NCBI GenBank assembly: GCA_045536615.1
Contig: JAZSNW010000031.1
Span: 1 to 25,239 of the forward strand
Source of the DNA: Acutalibacteraceae bacterium
Lineage (GTDB): Bacteria > Bacillota > Clostridia > Oscillospirales > Acutalibacteraceae
DNA length: 25,239 nt
Direction of reading: 5' to 3'
Positions 1 to 8,302 of this stretch are shown here, one piece after another. Both the position numbers and the translations under genes were made by a program. The notes beneath the pieces were generated by a model. The model did not search any database. It worked only from the letters and a program-made list of their open reading frames with translations, and was not told where the DNA came from. Position 1 is the stretch's first letter. The number at the start of each line of letters is the position of its first letter.

Positions 1-1045
1 AAAGTAACATTCCTTGGTCTGTTAACGAAAAATTATTATCATTTAAAACCCCTAAACCGTTTTGGGCAAAAAGCCCACATTTTTTAATGGCTTTTGGGGA
101 TAAAGTGTCGGTTTTCATGCCGTCTTTAAGGCGAAGAGCAAGCATAATTTGCTCCCCTAAATCACCGCCGTCACCATCGGGAATGGGTGTGTTGCCCTTT
201 ATAAAAGCTTTCAAATCGCGCGGGTAATAAAAGCGTTTGCCATTTAAAAACGAATGGGCTGATGGGCCAAGCCCCAAATATTCTTTGCATTGCCAATACT
301 TCAAATTATGTTGGCTTTTACAACCGTTTTTGGCAAAATTTGAAATTTCATAATGGCAAAAACCCACTTTTTCAAGGTGTTGGCACATAAATAAATATTG
401 GTCGCAAACCTTGTCATCATCGGGCAAATTAAGGGTGTTTTGTGTTTTAAAAAACTTTGTGTTTTCTTCAATTTTTAAAATATAAGCCGAAATATGTTCT
501 GGGTTTAAAGCAACAATAAAATCAAGCGATTTTTTAAAGGTTTCACAGCTACTGTTTGGTAACCCCAACATTAAATCAAGCGAAATGTTATTAAACCCAA
601 GCTCTCTTGCAACCCTAACGGCATTAACTGTTTCACTTGCGGTGTGACGACGCCCAAGGGTTAAAAGTTCGTTATCGTCACCGCTTTGTGCACCAATAGA
701 AATGCGGTTAACCCCCGCCGTTTTTGCGTTTTGCAAAATTTCCAAAACATTGTCGGCAGGGTTTAATTCAAGGGTGATTTCGGCATTATCCAAAACTTTA
801 AAATTATCATAAACTGCATTTAAAAGTGGCACTAAACGGTGGTTTAAAAGTGACGGTGTACCGCCACCAAGGTAAATAGTATCAATGGGACGGTTTATTT
901 TGCCGCCCCATTGTTTTATTTCTCTTATAAGTGCAGTTAAATAACTGTCTAAAAGTTCCTCATTTGTAAAAGCCGAATAAAAATCGCAATAAGCGCATTT
1001 GCCATTACAAAAAGGGATGTGTAGGTATAAACCTAAATTAGTCAA
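1..1045 (-). CDS. hemW: Radical SAM heme chaperone HemW (HemN-like); 3' end lies beyond the left window edge
   Basis: Hand-translated; absent from the ORF track because no stop lies in the window. TTG at 1045 overlaps the pduL stop. Reads LGLYLHIPFCNGKCAYCDFYS (CxxxCxxC), DTIYLGGGTPSLL, YILKIEENTKF, HYEISNFAK and YLGLGPSAHSF. The sampled segments stay in one frame, and the last residues LTDQGMLL reach position 1. Confidence 0.9.
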   Translation of the reverse strand, partial: MTNLGLYLHIPFCNGKCAYCDFYSAFTNEELLDSYLTALIREIKQWGGKINRPIDTIYLGGGTPSLLNHRLVPLLNAVYDNFKVLDNAEITLELNPADNVLEILQNAKTAGVNRISIGAQSGDDNELLTLGRRHTASETVNAVRVARELGFNNISLDLMLGLPNSSCETFKKSLDFIVALNPEHISAYILKIEENTKFFKTQNTLNLPDDDKVCDQYLFMCQHLEKVGFCHYEISNFAKNGCKSQHNLKYWQCKEYLGLGPSAHSFLNGKRFYYPRDLKAFIKGNTPIPDGDGGDLGEQIMLALRLKDGMKTDTLSPKAIKKCGLFAQNGLGVLNDNNFSLTDQGMLL

Positions 1046-1610
1046 GAATTTCACCCATTTGGTTGGGGCCAACTAATGCAGCGTTTGCTTCGTCGGTGTC
1101 GATATGCATTGCAAGTGCGTAAGAAGGACTTACACGGGCAATAACATCGCCGAAAACAAGTGAACGACCGTTGGTTTCAACCTTGACCGAAACGATTTGC
1201 TTATCGTTGATGCCGTACTTTTCAGCATCGGCAGGGGTCATGTGGATATGGCGCTTTGCAGCGATAACACCTTGTGCAAGTTCAACTTCACCCTTAGGGC
1301 CAACAATTTTACAAGCGCCGCTGCCTGCAACATCGCCCGATTCACGAATGGGGGCAGTAACACCGATAGCGCGTGCGTCGGTTAAAGAAAGCTCAACCTG
1401 TGTATCGGGGCGAACAGGACCTAAAATAGATGCCTTTAATGAAGATTTTGCACCAACAATGGTAACCTTTTCTTCACAAGCAAATTGACCGGGTTGTGAA
1501 AGGTCTTTTTTAGGGGTAAGCTCGTATCCTTCGCCAAAAAGAACTTCTAAATCCTTTTGTGAAACATGAATGTGACGAGCAGAAATTTCAACTAATACTT
1601 CTTTTTTCAT
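1038..1610 (-). CDS. pduL: Phosphate propanoyltransferase / PduL-type phosphotransacylase
   Basis: Motifs ISARHIH, LSQPGQFA, GPVRPDTQVELS, SGDVAGS, GVIAAKRHIHM and MHIDTDEANA; SD AAGGAG upstream. Confidence 0.95.
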   Translation of the reverse strand: MKKEVLVEISARHIHVSQKDLEVLFGEGYELTPKKDLSQPGQFACEEKVTIVGAKSSLKASILGPVRPDTQVELSLTDARAIGVTAPIRESGDVAGSGACKIVGPKGEVELAQGVIAAKRHIHMTPADAEKYGINDKQIVSVKVETNGRSLVFGDVIARVSPSYALAMHIDTDEANAALVGPNQMGEILD

Positions 1611-1644
1611 TATTAAAACTCCTTAAAGTTATTTCTTTGCCTTT

Positions 1645-1672
1645 ATTTTAACATATTTTAAATATAATTCAA
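1645..1672 (-). promoter_or_regulatory. Putative sigmaA promoter for pduL-hemW
   Basis: Minus strand TTGAAT-16 nt-TAAAAT with an extended TG, about 35 nt upstream of the start codon. Confidence 0.5.
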
Positions 1673-1734
1673 GAGGTTTGTGGGAATTTTTATAAATTGG
1701 GGGTTTATCGGTTACTACATCGATGGTTTTGCAT

Positions 1735-1792
1735 AAAAATGACCGCCGACTGCAATTTTGACGGCGGTCTGACGGCGAACTTGCGTTCGCCG
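1735..1792 (-). terminator. Tandem hairpins downstream of the GH94 gene; the distal one is a likely intrinsic terminator
   Basis: CGGCGAAC/GTTCGCCG (1773-1792, GCAA loop on the minus strand) and GACCGCCG/CGGCGGTC (1741-1769), followed by ATTTTTAT on the minus strand. Confidence 0.65.
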
Positions 1793-1802
1793 CATTTAAA
1801 AT

Positions 1803-4196
1803 TTAGAAATTTACAACAATATCGGTTTCGTCGGTCAGCATTGATACAGGTATGCGATAACCGTCAAGAGTCTTGCCGTTGACTGTACAAACAGGACTCT
1901 TACCACGGCTTCCGTCGGGATTGTTGACTGTGATATGCAACCTCTTACCGCGGAAGGTTTTATCAATCTTAATGCTCTTCCATTCGGACGGAAGTGCGGG
2001 ACAAATATCGATATAATCAATTCCGGGACGCATTCCGCAGATACCCTCAACACAGCCAACCATAACGGTAGATGCTGTACCGGTGAGCCAGTGAACGTGT
2101 GACCTACCTGCAAAGGGCGAGCCCTTGCTTTCGGTAAACTGGCCGTGAATGTACGGCTCAAGCACACGGATTTCTGCCTTATCATTCATATAAGCAGGTG
2201 AAGATTCGCAGAAATATTCATACGCGCGGTCTCCGTGGCCCATAAGTGCTTCGGCGAGTATAAGCCAGCCCTGTGGCTGTGAGAAAATACCGCCATTTTC
2301 TTTTGTGTATGGGTTAAAGAGCGCCATTAAGGCACCGCTGAAGAAATGCTTTTCATAAGGCGGATACAGAAGTGATACACCGTAAGGAGTGTTAAGAATT
2401 TCGTGCACCTTCTCGAGCGATATCTCTGCCTGTTCCTTTGTTGAAATGCCCGAAATTACACCCCAAGACTGCGGATTGAGCCACATGTTAGCTTCAATAT
2501 CGGTGCGAGCGCCAACAAGCACACCGTCCTCACGGATGCCTCTTATAAAGCGGTCCTCGTTCCAGCAGTTATTCTGAATAATATCGTAAAGCTCGCTCGC
2601 CTTTGCGCTTAAGAATTCAAAATAGTCGGCATCCTTCTTATATTCGGCAAAGCCCTTGAGAATATTCATTGCCATATAAAGTTGCATTGCAACGAAGGTT
2701 GATTCGCCCTTCTCGCCCATTCTAAGACAGTCGTTCCAGTCGGCATAAAGACCTGCGGGCATCTTGTGAGCGGCAAGATGATTTAGACTGAAATCAATAG
2801 CTCGTTTTAGGTGCTCATAAACCGTTCCCTCTTCCTTGTTTGCAAAGGGAATAACCTCGTCAAGATAGGCGGTATTACCCGTTTCTGCGATGTATTTATA
2901 AACTGTTGGGAAAAGCCACATAGCATCGTCCGCGCGGTAATGCGGATGACCGGTTTCCTTAACGTAAGATGCATCGTCGGGTGTATCCTCGTGACCTGCG
3001 TTATGGGTGTATTTAACAAGCGGTAGACCGGCACCGTTATTAACCTGTGCAGACAGCATAAATGTAAGCAAGGTTCTTGCTCTTTCGGGGTCAAGGTGGA
3101 TAATACCCTGAATATCCTGAACGGTATCACGATAGCCGTAGCCGTTGCGCTGGCCACAGTATATAAGTGATGCTGCACGTGACCAAACGAATGTTATAAA
3201 GCACTGAAAAGCGTTCCAAGTGTTGAGCATTGCGTTAAACTTCTCATCAGGGGTTTCAACGCGGAAGTTATCCAACTTTTCGTGCCAATATTTCTTAAGC
3301 TCTGCAACCTCGCGCTCGACAACCGAAACGTCTTTGTATGATGCTAAAATCTCGGCCGCCTCATCGCGGTTTTTCTGACCGAGCGCAAACACAAACTCAC
3401 GGCTTTCTCCAGGAGAAAGGGTGATAACAGTGTGAAGGGCACCACAAGGATTGGTGTTATAGCACATTGTGCCTGAGCATTTGCCGTTTTGAACAGCAGC
3501 AGGCTTGCCGTAACCGTTGTATAGTCCTAAAAAGGTCTTTTTGTCGCCGTCACAGCTGACAACAGGTGCACCCTCAAGACCGAAGAAACGATAATTTGCA
3601 ATACTGCCGTTCAAAACCTCAACACAGTTTTCGTTAGAAACCATTGTAATACGGTTGTTGTCAAAATAGGTTTTGGGAATAAACTGCGAATACTGCAGGT
3701 TAACCTGGTCGGTTTCATAATCGCTTTCGGTTGTAAATTCGCAATAACCAAATACGGAAAGCTTTCTTTCGGTATTGCCGTTATTTTGCAGGCGAACACG
3801 CCAAACCTCATAGGTCTTGCCCATCGGCACGTAATATAAAACCTTTGACGTAATATCGCGGTAATCTGCCGTAATTTCGGTGTAAGCAGTACCGTGGCGG
3901 CATTCGTTTTTATATGTATCCAACGGTTTTCCGACAGGCTGCCAGGAAGCAGACCAAAAATCGCCGTCCTGCTCATCGCGAATATAAACGTATCTGCCCG
4001 GGTCGTCCGCGTCGTTAAAATGGTAACGCAGAATTCTACCCTTTGCTCCGCTTTTTTCAAAGCTGTAACCGCCTGCATTATTGGAAACAATAGCACCATA
4101 TGCAGGGTCGCCAAGGTAGTTTACCCAAGGGCCCGGGGTTGCAGGATTTGTGATGACGTATTCACGATTTTTTTCATCAAAATGACCATATTGCAT
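1803..4196 (-). CDS. GH94 glycoside phosphorylase, cellodextrin-phosphorylase-like; substrate not established
   Basis: N-terminus MQYGHFDEKNREYVIT, GYGYRDTVQD, catalytic ADWNDC and KENGGIFSQ; 797 aa; no signal peptide. Confidence 0.9.
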   Translation of the reverse strand: MQYGHFDEKNREYVITNPATPGPWVNYLGDPAYGAIVSNNAGGYSFEKSGAKGRILRYHFNDADDPGRYVYIRDEQDGDFWSASWQPVGKPLDTYKNECRHGTAYTEITADYRDITSKVLYYVPMGKTYEVWRVRLQNNGNTERKLSVFGYCEFTTESDYETDQVNLQYSQFIPKTYFDNNRITMVSNENCVEVLNGSIANYRFFGLEGAPVVSCDGDKKTFLGLYNGYGKPAAVQNGKCSGTMCYNTNPCGALHTVITLSPGESREFVFALGQKNRDEAAEILASYKDVSVVEREVAELKKYWHEKLDNFRVETPDEKFNAMLNTWNAFQCFITFVWSRAASLIYCGQRNGYGYRDTVQDIQGIIHLDPERARTLLTFMLSAQVNNGAGLPLVKYTHNAGHEDTPDDASYVKETGHPHYRADDAMWLFPTVYKYIAETGNTAYLDEVIPFANKEEGTVYEHLKRAIDFSLNHLAAHKMPAGLYADWNDCLRMGEKGESTFVAMQLYMAMNILKGFAEYKKDADYFEFLSAKASELYDIIQNNCWNEDRFIRGIREDGVLVGARTDIEANMWLNPQSWGVISGISTKEQAEISLEKVHEILNTPYGVSLLYPPYEKHFFSGALMALFNPYTKENGGIFSQPQGWLILAEALMGHGDRAYEYFCESSPAYMNDKAEIRVLEPYIHGQFTESKGSPFAGRSHVHWLTGTASTVMVGCVEGICGMRPGIDYIDICPALPSEWKSIKIDKTFRGKRLHITVNNPDGSRGKSPVCTVNGKTLDGYRIPVSMLTDETDIVVNF

Positions 4197-4248
4197 AATT
4201 ACTTTTCCTTTGCTTAAATTTTTTGACTAATGGTTTTTGTACCCTTGA

Positions 4249-4277
4249 ATTATACCATAAAAAAATTATAATTACAA
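4249..4277 (-). promoter_or_regulatory. Putative sigmaA promoter for the GH94 gene
   Basis: Minus strand TTGTAA-17 nt-TATAAT with an extended TG. Confidence 0.6.
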
Positions 4278-4310
4278 GATTATGTTTTTAGCATTTCTGC
4301 CGTTTTTATA

Positions 4311-4339
4311 TTGAAATTTAAATATATCTGTGATAGAAT
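4311..4339 (+). promoter_or_regulatory. Putative sigmaA promoter for the GH3 gene
   Basis: TTGAAA-17 nt-TAGAAT with an extended TG; SD GGGGAG before ATG 4370. Confidence 0.6.
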
Positions 4340-4369
4340 GAATATAAACCGAAAAAAGGGGAGAAAGAA

Positions 4370-5953
4370 ATGAATTTTGAAAAATATATAGGCGGAATGA
4401 CGCTTAGAGATAAGGTGTCACATCTTTTGTGTCCCGGAATTCGCGCCGCTTACCTCGAGAACTCTGACAGACGGGAATATTGTGATTATATTTTTGCGGA
4501 TAAAACCATAAAGCCCGGTATTGTTTTTATGTTCCCTTCGGAGGGTGAAGCAATTTCAAAAACTATTGCTTCTTTGGAGGAACGCTTTGGATTTCCTTTG
4601 CTTGCCGCTATGGATTTTGAGTTAGACCCTTCAATTATAGGTGGAACGAGCATTGCCTCCGGTATGGCAATTTCGGCCACTAATGATACAACGCTTGCAT
4701 ATACAGCTGGTGAAAGCTGTGCGGTTGAGGGTGGACAATATGGTGCAAATTACGCCTTTGGTCCCGTTTTAGACCTCAATAAAAACCGTAGCAACCCTAT
4801 TATAAACACTCGCTCGTGGGGTGATAATCCCGAGCAAACAATTCCGATGCTTACAAGCTTTGTAAAAGGTATGCAGGATAACGGCATGATTGCTACGGGC
4901 AAGCATTTTCCGGGTGACGGTATGGATGACCGCGACCAACACCTTTGCACAACTGTTAACAATCTTTCTAAAGAAGACTGGATGGAAAGCTACGGAAAGG
5001 TTTGGAAGAGTCTTATTGATAACGGAATAAAGTCTATAATGCCGGGCCACATTGCGCTTCCTTCGTTTGAGGAGGACGGCGAAATTCGACCTGCTACATT
5101 AAGCAAAAGTCTATTAACAGGACTTTTAAGAGAGAAATTGGGCTTCGAGGGAATTATTATGAGCGATGCCCTTAATATGGGCGGTATTTTGGGTGTTGCT
5201 GATGGCGAGGAATGCATAGTCGGTGCTGTAGAGGCGGGAGCCGATTCATTATTGTTTGTAAATTTCTTGGATGAAATGCCTAAGGTTGTCGATATGCTTG
5301 AAAATGCCGTAAAGTCTGGGCGCTTGACCGAAAAGCGGATTGACGAATCTATTTACAGAATTTGGAAGGCAAAAAAAGAATTAGGTCTTTTTGATGAGCA
5401 TAAGAGAATTGTTCCAACTGAAGAACAACTCAAAAAATATAAAGAAACTTCCGAGGAAATCTGCAAAAAATCCATTACGGTATTTAGAAATAAAAATGGC
5501 GTACTTCCTCTTGATGAGAACAAAATAAAGAAGGTTATAAGCGTTGATATTTCGAATTGGAGCAGCTTTGAAAACCCATTGGATATTGAGCTTGAAAAGA
5601 ATGGTATCGAGGTTTTAAGATACGGCGACCATACCGAAAACGGATTCTTTAAGTGGTTAGATGCACCTAAGGCGGATGCAATAATACTTAACTTCCATTA
5701 CAACCCACAATGGGCAACGAGCAGTATCCGCCCGCAGGGCGAAAAGCTTCAAAAGGTATATGAATATATCTTTAAGCTCGATATGCCCACCATAGTTATA
5801 GCTCACGGAAGTCCGTATATCGGTTACGAATTCCCGCATGCTAAGACGGTGATCAATACATATACACTGATTGAAGCGGATGCAAAGCCACTTTACAATG
5901 TTATTTTCGGCAAGCAGGAAGCTTATGGCATATCTCCCGTTAAAATCGATTAA
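4370..5953 (+). CDS. Cytoplasmic GH3 glycosidase/phosphorylase of the NagZ/Nag3-like subgroup
   Basis: FGPVLDL, NPIINTRSWG, KHFPGDGMDDRDQH, IMPGH and nucleophile motif IMSDALNMGG; C-terminal GH3 domain; no signal peptide. Confidence 0.88.
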   Translation: MNFEKYIGGMTLRDKVSHLLCPGIRAAYLENSDRREYCDYIFADKTIKPGIVFMFPSEGEAISKTIASLEERFGFPLLAAMDFELDPSIIGGTSIASGMAISATNDTTLAYTAGESCAVEGGQYGANYAFGPVLDLNKNRSNPIINTRSWGDNPEQTIPMLTSFVKGMQDNGMIATGKHFPGDGMDDRDQHLCTTVNNLSKEDWMESYGKVWKSLIDNGIKSIMPGHIALPSFEEDGEIRPATLSKSLLTGLLREKLGFEGIIMSDALNMGGILGVADGEECIVGAVEAGADSLLFVNFLDEMPKVVDMLENAVKSGRLTEKRIDESIYRIWKAKKELGLFDEHKRIVPTEEQLKKYKETSEEICKKSITVFRNKNGVLPLDENKIKKVISVDISNWSSFENPLDIELEKNGIEVLRYGDHTENGFFKWLDAPKADAIILNFHYNPQWATSSIRPQGEKLQKVYEYIFKLDMPTIVIAHGSPYIGYEFPHAKTVINTYTLIEADAKPLYNVIFGKQEAYGISPVKID

Positions 5954-5994
5954 AAAAACAGGTATTCACAAACATTTGTGAATACCTGTTTTTT
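5953..5994. terminator. Intrinsic terminator with bidirectional architecture after the GH3 gene
   Basis: Perfect 20-bp inverted repeat AAAAAACAGGTATTCACAAA-CA-TTTGTGAATACCTGTTTTTT. Confidence 0.85.
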
Positions 5995-6067
5995 ATACTT
6001 CTTTCATTATGGGAACGGTTAGCTTTGGCTGAGCTTTTTTGTTTAGCATTAGGTTAAATGGTGTATC

Positions 6068-6135
6068 GTAGGGAATGGATTTTTCCATTCCGCAAGTGGT
6101 ATTAAAAAAACGGAACGGATGAATCCGTTCCCTAC
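6068..6135. repeat. Inverted doublet of 25-nt GTAG-type REP-like palindromes (REPIN-like)
   Basis: GTAGGGAATGGATTTTTCCATTCCG (6068-6092, +) and GTAGGGAACGGATTCATCCGTTCCG (6135-6111, -), separated by 18 nt. Confidence 0.75.
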
Positions 6136-6177
6136 AAATTGGCAATTTAATTTTTGTAATGATTTTAAGATTTGTAA

Positions 6178-6206
6178 TTGACTTTATATCGCTTATAATG
6201 TAAAAT
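6178..6206 (+). promoter_or_regulatory. Putative sigmaA promoter of the pyrH operon
   Basis: TTGACT-17 nt-TAAAAT. Confidence 0.6.
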
Positions 6207-6244
6207 ATTTATAATAATATTATATTAAAGTTAGGGTGTTTAAA

Positions 6245-6949
6245 ATGAAACCTGTTTACAAGCGTGTGCTTTTAAAATTAAGTGGCGAGGTGCTTGCCGG
6301 CGAAAAGGGCGTTGGTCTTGACTTTGACAAGGTGCTTGAAGTTTGCGAAAAGGTGAAAGATTGCGTTGATATGGGCGTTCAGGTTGCTATCGTTGTTGGC
6401 GGCGGCAACTTCTGGCGTGGTCGTTCAAGCGGTAAGATGGACCGAACCAGAGCTGACCATATGGGTATGCTTGCAACTTCTATCAATGCACTTGCGTTGG
6501 CTGACGGACTTGAACAGCTTGGTGTTAATGCCCGCGTTCAAACTGCTATCGAAATGCGCCAGGTGGCAGAGCCATATATCAGAAATAAGGCAGTTCGTCA
6601 TTTGGAAAAGGGCAGGGTTGTAATTTTCGGCTGTGGTACCGGTAACCCCTTCTTCTCAACCGACACAGGTGCGGCTCTTAGGGCGGCTGAAATCGGTGCG
6701 GATGTAATCTTTAAAGCCACCAATGTTGACGGTGTGTTTGACAGCGACCCCAAAAAGAACCCCAACGCTAAAAAGTTTGACACACTTACCCACCACGAAG
6801 TGTTGCAAAAAGAACTTCATGTTATGGATGCTACTGCCGCTTCACTTTGTATGGATAACAACATTCAAATTTTAGTTTTCAATTTAGACAATCCACAAAA
6901 TATCGTTTCTGCTATGGTGGGCGAACCCATCGGCACTATTGTTAAGTAA
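6245..6949 (+). CDS. pyrH: UMP kinase
   Basis: [35 protein letters not shown] and VMDATA. Start moved to ATG 6245 because the track's GTG 6236 lies within the SD-like GGGTG. Confidence 0.97.
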   Translation: MKPVYKRVLLKLSGEVLAGEKGVGLDFDKVLEVCEKVKDCVDMGVQVAIVVGGGNFWRGRSSGKMDRTRADHMGMLATSINALALADGLEQLGVNARVQTAIEMRQVAEPYIRNKAVRHLEKGRVVIFGCGTGNPFFSTDTGAALRAAEIGADVIFKATNVDGVFDSDPKKNPNAKKFDTLTHHEVLQKELHVMDATAASLCMDNNIQILVFNLDNPQNIVSAMVGEPIGTIVK

Positions 6950-6967
6950 TTTTTAAGGAGAAAAGTT

Positions 6968-7522
6968 ATGAACGAGCTTATTAAAAATACCGAAGAAAAA
7001 ATGTTAAAAACCCTTGGCGTTTTGGAAAGAGATTATAAATCTATCCGTGCGGGCCGTGCAAATGTTTCGGTTTTAGACAGAATAAATGTTGACTATTACG
7101 GTTGCCCCACACCCATTCAGCAAATGGCTGCTGTTTCTGTGCCCGAACCCCGTATTTTAATGATTCAGCCCTGGGATGCAACCACCTTAAAGGCCATTGA
7201 AAAGGCAATTTTAACCTCTGACATTGGCATTAACCCACAAAATGACGGCCGTGTTATTCGTCTTGCTTTCCCACCTCTTACCGAAGAACGCAGAAAAGAA
7301 ATCGTTAAAGAAGTTAAAAAGATTGCAGAAGACACAAAGGTTGCTATTCGTAACACCCGTCGTGATGCTTTGGAAAAATTAAAGGCACTTAAAAAGGGCA
7401 ACAGCATTACCGAGGATGACGAAGCAAACGGCGAAAAGAAAATTCAAAACCTTACCGACAAATACTGCAAGGAAATTGACAGTATGTCAAGTGATAAGGA
7501 AAAGGAAATTTTAGAAATTTAA
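6968..7522 (+). CDS. frr: Ribosome recycling factor
   Basis: IRAGRAN, VDYYGCPTP, INPQNDG, PPLTEERRKE and IRNTRRDA; SD AAGGAG. Confidence 0.97.
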   Translation: MNELIKNTEEKMLKTLGVLERDYKSIRAGRANVSVLDRINVDYYGCPTPIQQMAAVSVPEPRILMIQPWDATTLKAIEKAILTSDIGINPQNDGRVIRLAFPPLTEERRKEIVKEVKKIAEDTKVAIRNTRRDALEKLKALKKGNSITEDDEANGEKKIQNLTDKYCKEIDSMSSDKEKEILEI

Positions 7523-7535
7523 TTTTTTATAAACT

Positions 7536-7561
7536 GCGGTCTCTATATGGGACCGCTTTTT
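7536..7561 (+). terminator. Intra-operon intrinsic terminator after frr
   Basis: GCGGTCTC-TATAT-GGGACCGC followed by TTTTT. Confidence 0.6.
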
Positions 7562-7593
7562 AGACACAGCCCAAAGGGTAAGGTGATTATAAA

Positions 7594-8298
7594 ATGCTTA
7601 AAAAGAATGAAAACCGCATTTTGCCACAGCATATTGCGATAATAATGGACGGCAACGGCCGTTGGGCAAAGAAAAAGGGGCTTCCACGCACCGCAGGTCA
7701 CATTGCAGGGGCAAAAACCTTTAAAAACATTGCAAGATATTGCAACAAAATCGGTCTTAAATATTTAACGGTTTATGCCTTTTCCACGGAAAATTGGAAA
7801 AGACCTGCCGACGAGGTAGAGGGTATTATGAATTTACTTCGTGATTATTTAAAGGATGCCGAAAACTTTAAGGATGAAAATATCCGCGTGCGTTTTATCG
7901 GTGACCGTACACCCTTGGCCGATGATATTAAAGAGCTTATGGCGAAAAACGAAAACGATTCTAAAAACGCCACAGGTCTTACTTTGTATATCGCGATAAA
8001 TTACGGTGGGCGTGACGAAATTGTAAAAGCGGTGCAAAAAATTGTGGATAGCGATATAAAGGCGGATGAAATTAACGAGCAGTTAATTTCAAATATGCTT
8101 TACACCTGTGACTGTCCCGACCCTGATTTTATAATTCGCCCAAGCGGTGAATACCGCATTTCAAATTATCTTATTTGGCAGTCGGCTTATTCTGAATTTT
8201 GGTATTCTGACATTTTGTGGCCCGACTTTACCGAAAAACATTTAGAAAAAGCGATAGCGGATTTTAATAAACGAAACCGCCGTTTTGGAGGAATTTAA
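7594..8298 (+). CDS. uppS: Undecaprenyl/isoprenyl diphosphate synthase
   Basis: HIAIIMDGNGRWA, YAFSTENWKRP, INYGGR, IRPSGEYRISNYLIWQ and RRFGG. Confidence 0.97.
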   Translation: MLKKNENRILPQHIAIIMDGNGRWAKKKGLPRTAGHIAGAKTFKNIARYCNKIGLKYLTVYAFSTENWKRPADEVEGIMNLLRDYLKDAENFKDENIRVRFIGDRTPLADDIKELMAKNENDSKNATGLTLYIAINYGGRDEIVKAVQKIVDSDIKADEINEQLISNMLYTCDCPDPDFIIRPSGEYRISNYLIWQSAYSEFWYSDILWPDFTEKHLEKAIADFNKRNRRFGGI

Positions 8299-8302
8299 AA
8301 AA

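Noticed and set aside
1-1045. hemW as a pseudogene, or as a true coproporphyrinogen oxidase HemN
   Set aside because: It is only cut by the window edge and the sampled segments stay in one frame. The motifs and the lack of heme-pathway neighbours fit the HemW chaperone.
1697-1882. 61-aa plus-strand ORF across the GH94 terminator
   Set aside because: TTG start without an SD; it overlaps the hairpins and the GH94 3' end and has no protein-like features.
6017-6034. GGTTAGC-TTTG-GCTGAG, resembling the feo operator
   Set aside because: The right half matches only 4 of 6 positions, and the site is not near a promoter or a metal gene.
5993-6088. 31-aa minus-strand ORF MEKSIPYDTPFNLMLNKKAQPKLTVPIMKEV ending at the bidirectional terminator
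   Set aside because: It starts inside a REP unit, has no convincing SD or promoter and no motif; probably chance.
6068-6135. REP units as a mini CRISPR array
   Set aside because: Only two units, inverted rather than direct, an 18-nt spacer and no cas genes.
6136-6244. Absence of rpsB-tsf upstream of pyrH
   Set aside because: pyrH has its own promoter and this split is not unusual in clostridia; there is no sign of a lesion.
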